A stretch of 64,000 bases of DNA from contig OY762069.1 of the NCBI GenBank assembly GCA_963665095.1, forward strand, positions 4,640,001 to 4,704,000. The letters run 5' to 3'. Of the stretch, positions 1-9,855 are shown one piece after another. The notes beneath the pieces were generated by a model. It was not told the origin of the DNA, did no database searches, and saw only the letters and a program-made list of their open reading frames with translations. Numbering within the stretch: position 1 is the first letter of the stretch; every line of letters begins with the position of its first letter. Position numbers and translations under genes: made by a program. The stretch is from an uncultured Desulfobacter sp. (GTDB lineage Bacteria > Desulfobacterota > Desulfobacteria > Desulfobacterales > Desulfobacteraceae).

Positions 1-1233
1 CACATTCATCTCATACAGTTTTTTCCTGGCAATGAGATTGGCAATGAGCGGCACCTCATGCAAAGATTCGTAATAGGCCGATTCTTCAATGATGCCGGCT
101 GAAACCATGGTGTCGAATGCAAGCTCCACACCGGCTTTAACCATGGCAATCATGAGGATACCGTGGTCAAAATATTCCTGCTCGGCAATGTCGGCATCCT
201 GGGAGACAGATGTCTCAAAGGCCGTATCCTGGGTTGCGGCCCGCCACTTGAGAAGATTGGCGTCATTATTGGCCCAGTCCTCCATCATGGTTTTGGAGAA
301 AAAGCCCGTCATGATGTCGTCCATGTGTTTGTTAAACAGCGGCGTCCATATATTCTTAAGCTGTTCGCTCAATTCAAAAGCTCTGATTTTGGCGGGATTG
401 GAAAGCCGGTCCATCATGTTGGTAATACCGCCATGTTTCAGTGCTTCGGTGACGGTTTCCCACCCGTATTGAACCAGTTTGGAAGCATAACCTGCATCCA
501 TGCCCTTCTCAATCATCTTGTCATAACAGAGCAGGGCACCGGTCTGCAGAACGCCACACAAAATGGTCTGCTCACCCATGAGATCCGATTTTACCTCAGC
601 CACAAAAGAGGACTGCAGCACCCCGGCTTTGTGGCCACCGGTACCTGCTGCGTAGGCTTTGGCCAGCTCCAGACCCTCGCCTCTGGGGTCGTTTTCACGG
701 TGTACTGCGATCAGGGTAGGAACGCCAAAGCCCCTTTTGTACTCTTCCCTGACTTCAGTGCCGGGAGATTTGGGAGCCACCATGATGACTGTCAGATCGT
801 CTCTGATCTGCATGCCCTCTTCCACGATATTGAACCCGTGGGAATAGGAGAGGCAGGCATCTTTTTTAATCAGGGGCATGATGGACTCAATGACGTTGGA
901 GTGCTGTTTATCCGGGGTCAGGTTGATGACCAGATCAGCTGCGGGCAGCATCTCTTCATAGGTACCTACGGCAAATCCGTTTTCCGTGGCATTTTTCCAG
1001 GACTGCCGTTTTTCTGAGATGGCAGCCTCCCGAAGTGTATAGGAAACATCCAGCCCGCTGTCCCTTAAGTTCAGACCCTGATGCAGGCCCTGGGCCCCAC
1101 ACCCCACAATAACAATTTTTTTACCCTTAAGCGCCTCCACCCCGTTGAATTCCGACGGATCCATGAACCGGCACTGGGAAAGCTCCTCCAGCTGTAGCCT
1201 TAGGGGCAGAGAGTTAAAATAATTTGTGCCCAT
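1..1233 (-). CDS. ilvC: Ketol-acid reductoisomerase, long (class II) type; 3' end runs off the window
   Basis: Minus frame from ATG at 1233 (GGAGG RBS upstream) reads [18 protein letters not shown]...[21 protein letters not shown]...[10 protein letters not shown]...[15 protein letters not shown] and is open to the window edge; absent from the ORF track because it has no stop in the window. Confidence 0.95.
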   Translation of the reverse strand, partial: MGTNYFNSLPLRLQLEELSQCRFMDPSEFNGVEALKGKKIVIVGCGAQGLHQGLNLRDSGLDVSYTLREAAISEKRQSWKNATENGFAVGTYEEMLPAADLVINLTPDKQHSNVIESIMPLIKKDACLSYSHGFNIVEEGMQIRDDLTVIMVAPKSPGTEVREEYKRGFGVPTLIAVHRENDPRGEGLELAKAYAAGTGGHKAGVLQSSFVAEVKSDLMGEQTILCGVLQTGALLCYDKMIEKGMDAGYASKLVQYGWETVTEALKHGGITNMMDRLSNPAKIRAFELSEQLKNIWTPLFNKHMDDIMTGFFSKTMMEDWANNDANLLKWRAATQDTAFETSVSQDADIAEQEYFDHGILMIAMVKAGVELAFDTMVSAGIIEESAYYESLHEVPLIANLIARKKLYEMNV

Positions 1234-1284
1234 GTTTTGCCTCCTTTATCTAAAATTTTTTGTAAATAAAATGACTTAAAAAAT

Positions 1285-1335
1285 GTGTTGCGTCAAATGA
1301 ATCATTTGCAATTTTACGTTGCATATTTTGAAATG
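1285..1335. promoter_or_regulatory. Putative IlvY operator pair in the divergent ilvC/ilvY intergenic region
   Basis: Two GTTGC-led imperfect dyads (GTGTTGCGTCAAATGAATCAT, ACGTTGCATATTTTGAAATG) resembling LysR/IlvY boxes. Confidence 0.45.
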
Positions 1336-1440
1336 ACTGATTAGAATGGCCCTGTGGCAAAGGACTTCCCCCTGAAAAAAAAGGCCAGGGGCAATACTCA
1401 ACAAAAAAACCGTATCTTCAATTCCCGGATCAGACATAAT

Positions 1441-2325
1441 ATGGATATCCGTACCCTGGAACTTTTCCGCCATCTCAGCAGAACCCTCCACTTCACCCGG
1501 ACCAGCAGGGAGTGCAACCTCTCGCCATCGGCGCTTACCCGGGCTGTACAGCGCCTGGAAACAGATGTGGGAAAACAGCTTTTCCTGCGCGGGAACCGGT
1601 CTGTGGAACTGACCTATGCCGGCCGTGCGTTTAAAACATACGCAGAGGACGTGCTGGACCGCTGGGATCGGTTGCAGGAGGAGTTGTCCCAGGAGGAGTT
1701 CCTCTCAGGCCAGCTCTCCCTGTACTGCTCTGTAACAGCGGCCTACTCCATTTTACCCGGTATCATTACCCGGTATCGGGCTGTGCATCCCGGAGTGCAG
1801 ATCCTTCTTGAAACCGGAGACCCGGCCGAGGCCCTGGACAGGCTGATGAACCTGGATGCCCATGCCGTGATCGCAGCCATGCCCGAAAAACCCGGTGCCC
1901 AGATCAGCTTTTTGAACATGGCCACAAGCCCGTTGGTGTTCATTGTGGCCCGCCCGTATACAGATATTGTGGTCCGGGACAGCACAGGACAACCTGACTG
2001 GGATAAAATTCCCATGATACTGGCAGACAAGGGACTAAGCCGGGAACGCATTGATCTCTGGTTTGAAGAAAACAATGTGGCACCACGTATCCACTCACGG
2101 GTCACGGGTCACGAAGCGATTATTGCGCTGGTGAATCTGGGGTTCGGCATGGGTCTTGTTCCCAGGCTGGTTTTGGAAAAAAGCCCCCTTTACCGAAATA
2201 TGGTGGTTCTTGACAACATGCCGGAACTACCTCCTTATGAAATTGCCCTTTGCACCCGGTGCAACAACCTGTCTAATCCCCGGGTCCGGGCCTTATGGGA
2301 CATCTCTGCCCAGCTTTGCCGGTGA
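1441..2325 (+). CDS. ilvY: LysR-family transcriptional activator IlvY
   Basis: MDIRTLELFRHLSRTLHFTRTSRECNLSPSALTRAVQRLE HTH, LSLYCSVTAAYS, divergent from ilvC; ATG 1441 preferred over the ORF-track start. Confidence 0.9.
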   Translation: MDIRTLELFRHLSRTLHFTRTSRECNLSPSALTRAVQRLETDVGKQLFLRGNRSVELTYAGRAFKTYAEDVLDRWDRLQEELSQEEFLSGQLSLYCSVTAAYSILPGIITRYRAVHPGVQILLETGDPAEALDRLMNLDAHAVIAAMPEKPGAQISFLNMATSPLVFIVARPYTDIVVRDSTGQPDWDKIPMILADKGLSRERIDLWFEENNVAPRIHSRVTGHEAIIALVNLGFGMGLVPRLVLEKSPLYRNMVVLDNMPELPPYEIALCTRCNNLSNPRVRALWDISAQLCR

Positions 2326-2536
2326 CTTAATTTTTTAAGGCGTTTCTGGGGGAGGGCAAAATAAGATTTCCTCTGTAATATGACACAGCTTTACGGCTTT
2401 TGCTGAACCAGACCTGTCTATATACCAACGTGATGCCGGGCGAAGCCGTAAATATTGACTTTGGCTTTAAATTCACCTAAAAATTGGCAGCGTGAAAATT
2501 GCTGTTTGCAGCATCCTTGAATAACAGGAAATAATA

Positions 2537-3955
2537 TTGGTTCATATAAAACATTATCCATCACAAACATATCCCGGCCGTAAATGGTTAAAGACCCTTT
2601 TTTCCATCGCGGTACTGTTTACGTTGCTGCAGCCAGGCACTATGGCCCGGGCGGAATCGCTTACCATTGCCTGCTATCAGGACTACCCGCCTTATTCCCA
2701 TGTGGGGGACAAGGGGGAGCCCCAGGGCCTGCTGGTGGATTTCTGGCAGCTCTGGGCAAAAAACAATCAGGTATCCGTAACCTTTGTACCCGGCCCTTTG
2801 AGCCAGTGCCTTGAGCAGGTGAAAAGCGGTAAAGCGGATTTTATGATCGGACTTTTTAAATCCGAAGACCGTGCGGCATTCCTGGATTTTTCCAAGCCCT
2901 TCATGACTGTCCACACCAATCTTTATGTTCAACAGGACATGGAAATTGATACCATTGAGCAGATGCCTGCCGACGTTGTGGTGGGTATGGTAAAAGAGGA
3001 CTTTTCCGTCTCCTTTTTTCATTCCCGGTACCCCAAAGTGAAAATAAAAGAGTTTTCCGGGGCCCAGGCTGTGCTTGAAAATGCCATGGCCGGAAAAATA
3101 AAGGCTTTTGCCCTTGATTTTCCCAATGCGGTGGTGCTCATGGCTGAACACAATTCCCTGGAAGAGTTCAAAAACCTGAAAACATTGTATACTGAACAAC
3201 TGCGGGCCGGGGTAGCCAAGGGCAATACGCGGCTTTTAGAAAAAATTGACAAAGGGCTTGCCATGGTGCCGGACAAAGAGATCAAGGCCCTTTACAGCAA
3301 ATGGGGGATTGCACCCAAACCGCTTCTTATTCAGTACCGGGGATGGGTAATCGCGCTTGTTGTACTTCTGCTTGCCGGATGTGTCGGCTTTGGTCTTTAT
3401 GTATTCCGGCTTAAAACCCGCATTCAAAACATGAAACAGGATGATGGATCCTCTGACGTAAATGCTTGGGAAAAAATTGTCTCTGGCGGTGAGAATGACG
3501 CGGTTGAATTCAAAACCTCCCTTCGCTGGAATGTCAAAGAGGAAAAAACAGATAAGCGCCTTGAAGCGGTGGTGGTTAAAACCCTGTCTGCATTCATGAA
3601 TGCCCGGGGCGGTTCACTGTTCATCGGTATTAATGACAATGGCGAACCAGTGGGCATCGAAGCTGACTACCGGACTTTTCAGAAAAAGCCTAACCAGGAC
3701 GGCTTTATGCTCAAACTCTCCGATCTGATTTCCAAAAACCTGGGCGCCCAGAGCCATAAATACATTGTTGCCGATATTCGGGTAATGGATGGTAAAGATG
3801 TGTGCCGGATTTCGGTCAAACCCTCTGACAAGCCTGTTTTCATCACCGATCAGGGTAAAGAGGCTTTTTATATCCGGGCAGGGGCCTCATCCATTCCCCT
3901 TGGTATGAGTCAGGCCCACGAATATATAACCTCCCACTGGCAACGGAGTGTTTGA
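2537..3955 (+). CDS. Signal peptide + family-3 solute-binding domain + TM helix + cytoplasmic Schlafen/AlbA_2 domain
   Basis: DYPPYS...GLLVDFW...GKAD...LDFSKPF binding-domain motifs; TM WVIALVVLLLAGCVGFGLYVF; GGENDAVEFKTSLRW and AFMNARGGSLFIGINDNG AlbA_2 motifs. Confidence 0.8.
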   Translation: MVHIKHYPSQTYPGRKWLKTLFSIAVLFTLLQPGTMARAESLTIACYQDYPPYSHVGDKGEPQGLLVDFWQLWAKNNQVSVTFVPGPLSQCLEQVKSGKADFMIGLFKSEDRAAFLDFSKPFMTVHTNLYVQQDMEIDTIEQMPADVVVGMVKEDFSVSFFHSRYPKVKIKEFSGAQAVLENAMAGKIKAFALDFPNAVVLMAEHNSLEEFKNLKTLYTEQLRAGVAKGNTRLLEKIDKGLAMVPDKEIKALYSKWGIAPKPLLIQYRGWVIALVVLLLAGCVGFGLYVFRLKTRIQNMKQDDGSSDVNAWEKIVSGGENDAVEFKTSLRWNVKEEKTDKRLEAVVVKTLSAFMNARGGSLFIGINDNGEPVGIEADYRTFQKKPNQDGFMLKLSDLISKNLGAQSHKYIVADIRVMDGKDVCRISVKPSDKPVFITDQGKEAFYIRAGASSIPLGMSQAHEYITSHWQRSV

Positions 3956-4029
3956 ACGGCTCGAAGAGGGGCATGCGCCCCTCTTCGAGCCGTTCAAACA
4001 CCAAACACGGGGTTTTCGTTCAGGCACTA
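3948..4029. repeat. Family A palindrome (perfect 25-bp stem, 4-nt loop) plus tail CAAACACGGGGTTTTCGTTCAGGCACTA
   Basis: GTGTTTGAACGGCTCGAAGAGGGGC-ATGC-GCCCCTCTTCGAGCCGTTCAAACAC at 3948-4001; related sequences at 36953, 48108 and 61115. Confidence 0.9.
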
Positions 4030-4067
4030 GAAGCCATCTCAAAATAAATATTTTGAGATGGCTTCTA
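4028..4067. repeat. Family B palindrome (19-bp arms)
   Basis: TAGAAGCCATCTCAAAATA-AA-TATTTTGAGATGGCTTCTA; second copy at 26687-26760. Confidence 0.85.
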
Positions 4068-4148
4068 ATTAATCCCGGTATCGGGGTCTCTCTTTAAAAT
4101 CCTTTTTTTGTTCTCCAGAACCTAACCATATAAAATTATCGTTCTTTA

Positions 4149-4172
4149 CGTTTTGCCAATATTGACATAGCG
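4149..4172. promoter_or_regulatory. ModE-like operator overlapping a TTGACA -35 upstream of FDH-1
   Basis: CGTTTTGCC-N6-GACATAGCG; near-identical site at 9684-9707; TTGACA at 4162-4167. Confidence 0.6.
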
Positions 4173-4239
4173 GATTGTGTATGGTACCCAGACCTAACTG
4201 AGTAGTTGCGGATAAATTTGAAACGACTGAGGAGAGTAC

Positions 4240-7017
4240 ATGCCAACCCTTCTGATCAACAATCAAAAAGTCGAGTTTCAGCCCAGGCAGACCATTTTAG
4301 ACCTGTGCAGTTCTCTATCAATTAATATTCCTACTCTTTGTTATCTCAAAGGAACTACCCCGGAAGGCGCCTGTGGTGTCTGCCTGGTAAAGGAAGCTGC
4401 CCGTGGCATGATACGGGCTTGCGATACTGAAGCTGCCCCGGGAATGGAGATACGCACTGACGGCCATGAAGTCCGGGCTGCCCGGAGGAAAGCCATTGCA
4501 AAGCTCGTCGCCGGGGGCAACCACAATTGCGGTGTGGCCGGGACCATGAAAGGCAGCTTTACCGATTTTCAGATGGATTCGGGCCAGGTGACCTCCGGTT
4601 TTGATCTGTGTCCGGCATGGGGAGACTGCCGGCTCCAGGATTTGGTTTATGAATATCAGGCCCATGCCGAAGCCTTCACAATGGAATGGAAAAACGAGGT
4701 GCCGGATGTGGCCAACCCCATGATTGTCAGGGATTACTCCAGGTGCATCGGCTGCGGCCGGTGCGTAAAAGCATGCAATGAGGTGCAGGCAAATATGGCT
4801 ATTAAAATGGATGATACAGGTAAACGGGATAAGGTGACCACCACCACGGGCTCAGACTCTTTGATGGATACCAGTTGCGTCTTCTGCGGAGAGTGTGTCC
4901 AGGCCTGTCCGGTGGGGGCTCTGGTTGAAAAAAAGGCTAAAGAAAACTGGCGGCCCTGGGATGTTGAAAAAATTCGAACGACCTGCCCCTATTGCGGTGT
5001 GGGCTGCCAGCAGCTTCTTCATGTCCAGGACGGAAAAATTGTCAAGGTAACCGGCGTGGAAGATGGTGCCCCCAACAAGGGTCGACTTTGTGTCAAAGGC
5101 CGGTTCGGGTATGACTTTATCTATTCGGATGAACGCATTAAAATGCCGGTGATCCGCCAGGAAAACGGAGAATTCAAGGAGGTCTCCTGGGATGAGGCCC
5201 TGGACTATACGGCGGACCGGCTGAAAGCCATTATCGCCGAATCCGGTCCCGATGCTGTGGCAGGCGTCTCCTGCGCCCGCTCAATCAACGAAGACTCCTA
5301 CCAGATGCAGAAACTTTTCAGGGCGGTGTTCAAGACAAACAACATCGACCATTGTGCCCGTACCTGACATGCGCCAACTGTCGCAGGTCTTGCGGCTTCA
5401 TTTGGTTCCGGCGCCATGACAAACTCCTTTGGGGAGTTTTCAAAAGCAAAAATGTTCTTCGTGATCGGGTCAAACATGACCGAGGCCCATCCAGTGGCTG
5501 CCACATTCTTGAAAAATGCAGTGCAGAACGGGGCCAAGCTCATTGTGGCGGATCCCAGGAAACACCGTCTGGCTGATTTTGCGGACATCCACCTGCCCTT
5601 GAAAGTGGGTTCGGATATCGCACTTCTCAACAGCCTGATGCATGTGCTGATCAAAGAAGATCTTTATGATAAAAACTTTGTAAACAACCATACAGAAGAT
5701 TTCGATAAGCTGAAAGCCACTGTGGACGCCTATCCGCCCGAGCGGGGGGAAGAGATTTCCGGAATTCCGGCCCATCAGATTGTTGAAACAGCAAGAATGC
5801 TGGCCTCTGTCAAGCCTTTGATGCTCTGTTATACCCTAGGCATCACCGAGCATACCTGCGGCCGTAACAATGTGGTCTCCACGGCCAATCTCCAGATGCT
5901 TTTAGGCAACCTTGGCGTGGAGTGCGGCGGCGTCAACCCCCTGCGTGGCCAGAACAATGTCCAGGGGGCATGCGACATGGGGGCACTGCCCAATGTCTAC
6001 CCCGGATACCAGGCTGTCACAGCGCCTGCGTCCAAAGAGAAGTTTGAAAAATTCTGGGGCGTGGAAGGGATGTCAGACAAACTCGGCCTGATGATCCCCC
6101 AGATGATGGACGGCCTGGTGGACAAAACAGTCCGGGCATTCTGGATATTTGGCGAGAACCTGGCCAATACCGAGCCGGACATCCGCAAGGTGGAACATGA
6201 ACTCGCCTCTGCGGAGTTCCTCATCTGTCAGGATATTTTCTTCAATGAGACCACGAAGTTTGCCGATGTGGTGTTCCCGGCCCAGGCCTGGAGTGAAAAT
6301 GACGGGACCTTTACCAATAGTGAACGAAGGGTCAACCGGGTCAGAGGCGTCAGCAAGGCGCCGGGTCAGGCCCAGCCCAACTGGTGGATCTTCCGTGAAA
6401 TCGCCAAACGGTTCGGCCAGGAGTGGGCATCCAACTCCGCACAGGAGATCTGGGATAATGAGTTGTCCGAACTGGGGCCTGCCTTTGGCGGCATAAAATA
6501 CCACCGCATTGAAAACGACGGACTCCAGTGGCCCTGCCCCACCCTTGAACATCCGGGTACGGGGTTTCTGCACAATCAGGGGGCGTTCACCCGTGGCAAG
6601 GGCGCGTTCCTGCCGGTGGAATGGACACCACCTGCCGAAGTACCGGACAAGGAGTATCCCTTTGTCTTAAGTACAGGCAGACGGCTGTATCATTACCATA
6701 CCAGGACCCAGACCGGGCGCTGCGCCGGACTCAATGATCTTTTGGGTGAGGAAACAGCCGATATTTCACTGAAAGAGGCCCAGCGCCTGGGTATTGAGCA
6801 TGGAGAGTACATCCATGTCAGTTCCCGGCGCGGGCAGGTCAGAGTCAGAGCCAATGTCACCGAAGAGATGCCGGACGGCATGGTGTGGATGGCTTTCCAC
6901 TTCAGGGAGGGCAATGCCAACTGGCTGGCCAATCCGGCCTTTGACCCCATCACCCTTACGGCTGAGTACAAGGCCTGTGCGGTTAACATTGCAAAAATAG
7001 AAAAACAGAAGGCGTAA
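4240..7017 (+). CDS. fdhF: Selenocysteine-containing Mo/W-bisPGD formate dehydrogenase alpha subunit (cytoplasmic, N-terminal 2Fe-2S/4Fe-4S domains); TGA 5365-5367 read as Sec
   Basis: ORFs 4240-5367 and 5416-7017 are in one frame joined by [42 protein letters not shown] and PLRGQNNVQGACDMG motifs; no Tat signal. Confidence 0.93.
5365..5400 (+). promoter_or_regulatory. Bacterial SECIS element of FDH-1
   Basis: TGA followed 12 nt later by stem GTCGCA/TGCGGC around loop GGTCT, like the fdhF SECIS. Confidence 0.8.
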
Positions 7018-7035
7018 AACAACGCACCTTTGCTT

Positions 7036-7078
7036 AACCGGGGGATGGTTTCTGTTTGAAACCATCCCCCGGTTTTTA
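7036..7078. terminator. Intrinsic (probably bidirectional) terminator between convergent genes
   Basis: AACCGGGGGATGGTTTC-TGTTT-GAAACCATCCCCCGGTT followed by a T run. Confidence 0.8.
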
Positions 7079-7372
7079 ATTGCTCTCAATCCAGAAGGTG
7101 GCCAGGGAAATCCTTTCCGACTTGCACACAGGACATTTCCCGGGCCGTTTGAAATCACTGCGCTTACTGAATTGAAACCCGCACTTCAGACAGTGGCCGG
7201 CAGATTTGCGCAGCTTTTTATTCTTATGCCGCAGACTTTTCTCAATGGATGCCAGGTGAAACCTTACATCCTTTTCCATGACCCCGGCATCCCGGGACAT
7301 GTCCTTCACCGTCATCTGCCCTTGTTCCAGCAGGTCGATAATTTTTTGTCGAATGGTTTTGGATTCATCCAT
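7076..7372 (-). CDS. Small HTH + Zn-ribbon transcriptional regulator (COG3357-like)
   Basis: TIRQKIIDLL HTH; CLKCGFQF...RPGKCPVCKSERI Zn ribbon. Confidence 0.8.
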   Translation of the reverse strand: MDESKTIRQKIIDLLEQGQMTVKDMSRDAGVMEKDVRFHLASIEKSLRHKNKKLRKSAGHCLKCGFQFSKRSDFKRPGKCPVCKSERISLATFWIESN

Positions 7373-7484
7373 ATTTCGTCCCAAACAAAGATAAATGGAT
7401 AATGGGCATGGATTCCGTGCATAACCGCTTTTTGCATCGTGTTCATGATATTAAGTCAGAACGCGCACAACCCCTGCAGCCGGC

Positions 7485-8786
7485 TTATCCATTGACCGAA
7501 AAAGTACTGTTGGGGTTGATCTCCCTCTTCCGTGAAAAGGCCCCTGCATTGATCTCAAGACCGGTGTACCGGCATTTAAAAATTATGGGGCAGGCATCAT
7601 GGTCTTCACCATGCTCACAGTACTCAATCAGATCAACCATCAGCTGCCCCACGGCCGGCCCGTTTTTATACTGGTTGCCGCTGGTCCCCACAGCCATGTA
7701 AAACCCCTTTAGACTGGACTTATCATAAATGGGGATCCAGTCATCGGACACATCGTAAAGATCGACCACGCCTTTTGGCTCATTTGGAACAGCCAGTCCC
7801 TTGACGCGTCTGGCCAGACGCATCGCTTGAGCATGCCACTGGGCTTGTGTCACAGAGCGGTTAAAGTCATCGGGATCATCCACCCACTCTTTGGGATCGC
7901 AGTCCGGGTCTTCACTGCCCACCAGGATCAAATTGCCTGACTCAGGCCGGTAATACGCCCCGGAGTCCCCGTCTCCAATATGCATGCCGAAGGCCTCAAA
8001 ATCAACCCCCTGGGGGGATGGTACATAATGAACTTCGTGGCGCAGGGGCCGGGTCCGGATATTCATGTCGTCGCACACACCGGCCATTTTATTGATTACA
8101 CCGGAGTGGGGGCCTGTGGCATTAACCACGATATCAGACAAAATTTTACGACCGTCTTCAAGAACAACACCGGTTACCCGGTCATCTTCTTTCAAAATAT
8201 CTACCACCCTTGCCTGAAACAGAAATTGAGCCCCCTTGGCTTCAGCCCCGCGCATGAGATTGTGGCAGGAGAGAACAGGATCATTAATATACCCTGTCTG
8301 CGGGGTATACATGCCCCCTTGGATATACGCATCCGGTTCCTGGAAAAAAAGATCATCCTCAGGTCTTCTGGGGGGATAGAACTTTTTCAGGTTGAAAAAC
8401 GGCACTTTTTGTTCCAGCTTTTCTTTGTCCCAGTATTCCCAGGTTATTCCGGCTCTGTCGTATCGGTCCTGGAGGGCCTGATGACTATAACTCGGGTAGG
8501 TCAGTTCAAGGGAGCCTTTATTGATGAATTTTATCAGACCTTTTTCATCTGCCGCACCAACATAATTTCCCCAATCCGCCCAGTATGCCCGTGATTCCCA
8601 GGAAAGAGCCACACCTTCATGGGTTGAATAGCTGAACCGGATGATGGCGCAGGAATTTGATGTGGACCCCGCCCCGGGTTCTCCTAAAGCATCCACTACC
8701 AGAACTGCGTATCCTTTTTTGGCAAACTCATATCCTATGGCGCATCCCATAATCCCTGCGCCAATAACAACGATATCTTTTTTCAT
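7485..8786 (-). CDS. FAD-dependent oxidoreductase (DAO / sarcosine oxidase beta-like family)
   Basis: DIVVIGAGIMG Rossmann motif, GSTSNSCAIIR, GTSGNQYKNGPAVG; GGAGG RBS before ATG 8786. Confidence 0.85.
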   Translation of the reverse strand: MKKDIVVIGAGIMGCAIGYEFAKKGYAVLVVDALGEPGAGSTSNSCAIIRFSYSTHEGVALSWESRAYWADWGNYVGAADEKGLIKFINKGSLELTYPSYSHQALQDRYDRAGITWEYWDKEKLEQKVPFFNLKKFYPPRRPEDDLFFQEPDAYIQGGMYTPQTGYINDPVLSCHNLMRGAEAKGAQFLFQARVVDILKEDDRVTGVVLEDGRKILSDIVVNATGPHSGVINKMAGVCDDMNIRTRPLRHEVHYVPSPQGVDFEAFGMHIGDGDSGAYYRPESGNLILVGSEDPDCDPKEWVDDPDDFNRSVTQAQWHAQAMRLARRVKGLAVPNEPKGVVDLYDVSDDWIPIYDKSSLKGFYMAVGTSGNQYKNGPAVGQLMVDLIEYCEHGEDHDACPIIFKCRYTGLEINAGAFSRKREINPNSTFSVNG

Positions 8787-8832
8787 TACACACAACCTCC
8801 ATACATCATCATTGCCTTGAAGCAGAATCCTA

Positions 8833-9465
8833 CTATTTCAAAGAAAAGGAAAGAAAAATAGCCATGGGATTCACCGTATCATAGTAGATCAGGGTGGAGC
8901 TATCCCGCTTGAGGGAGGTTTCAACTCGCACATCCTCTGCATTTTCAACCTGTACCGGGGCTTTATCAGGAAAATAAATGTCAGAATAGTATTCTGGATC
9001 ATAGGGGGAAAGGATAATCTGTTTTGGTGATTTTATGGCTGAGACATGGCAGGGAATAAAAAATTCATAACAAAGAACCCCATTGTCAATCCATGCGTTA
9101 AACTCTTTTATAAATTTAACGGCAAAGGGTTTTCCGTCAATTTTCACATGGATGTAGTAATTGTAGGGGGCGATGTACCCGAATGCTTTTTCCCTGATGA
9201 TTGCCACCTCTTTTGCATCCAGCACCTGATTGTGGTCTGAATCAAAATCCTCACAGATCATCACGGAAAACATTTCATCAAAGGACCAGGTTATCCGGAA
9301 ACCGGAAAGGCCCTTGTCATCGAACATAACGCCGGTTCGCTGGGAAATAAATACATGGGGATGGCTGCCTCCCGAACCAGGGGAAAGGAGCACAAACAAT
9401 ATTATAAAAACAGACAGTAGCCGGAAAAGATGATTCAATCGGGGCATAGGTTTAAACGCCGTCAT
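8833..9465 (-). CDS. DUF1007-family exported protein (putative metal-transport periplasmic component)
   Basis: Signal peptide followed by HPHVFI, W-x-FDEMFS and YDPEYY motifs. Confidence 0.75.
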   Translation of the reverse strand: MTAFKPMPRLNHLFRLLSVFIILFVLLSPGSGGSHPHVFISQRTGVMFDDKGLSGFRITWSFDEMFSVMICEDFDSDHNQVLDAKEVAIIREKAFGYIAPYNYYIHVKIDGKPFAVKFIKEFNAWIDNGVLCYEFFIPCHVSAIKSPKQIILSPYDPEYYSDIYFPDKAPVQVENAEDVRVETSLKRDSSTLIYYDTVNPMAIFLSFSLK

Positions 9466-9683
9466 CGGTTATCAAATTCATTGGTATTTTATATATGTAG
9501 CGGCCGTTGTTTTCAAGTAAGACAGGCCTGGACATAGTTGTCTTCCAGAGAATAACGGGTATAACTTCCAGCTGCCATTCTTTCTTATGGATCATGATTC
9601 CTAGTAATAATTCATTGCCTTTCCGGCAGATTATATTTATTGCATGGTCAAAATTCCCTTAAACAACTATTTAATATCACAGT

Positions 9684-9707
9684 CGTTCTGTCGAATGTGA
9701 CATAGCG
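9684..9707. promoter_or_regulatory. ModE-like operator upstream of the FDH-2 promoter
   Basis: CGTTCTGTC-N6-GACATAGCG imperfect palindrome; TTGACA at 9762-9767 lies about 55 bp downstream. Confidence 0.6.
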
Positions 9708-9855
9708 AAACTGCCTACAACGGACTTTTTTTATTTTACTTTCTATTTCTTAATTCCCGCATTGACACAATGCCCTATTTTTTTTATTAATGGATACTGA
9801 TAAATAGGTGTAACAACAACCAGCAAGTCTAAATAGTGATGGAATCAACTGCCTC

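Noticed and set aside
163..1017. Long alternative-frame ORFs (e.g. 163-1017, 19121-20197, 24014-25213, 49762-50856)
   Set aside because: They are antisense shadows of well-supported genes and have no recognisable motifs.
2390..2452. TTTACGGCTT...AAGCCGTAAA inverted repeat
   Set aside because: Only 10-bp arms with a long spacer and a single copy; not assignable.
4186..4240. Moco riboswitch in the FDH-1 leader
   Set aside because: The leader is too short and lacks the multi-stem pattern; a protein operator explains the conserved motif better.
5298..5416. FDH genes as split genes or pseudogenes (also at 10987)
   Set aside because: Same frame, TGA exactly at the catalytic Cys/Sec site, and SECIS hairpins present.
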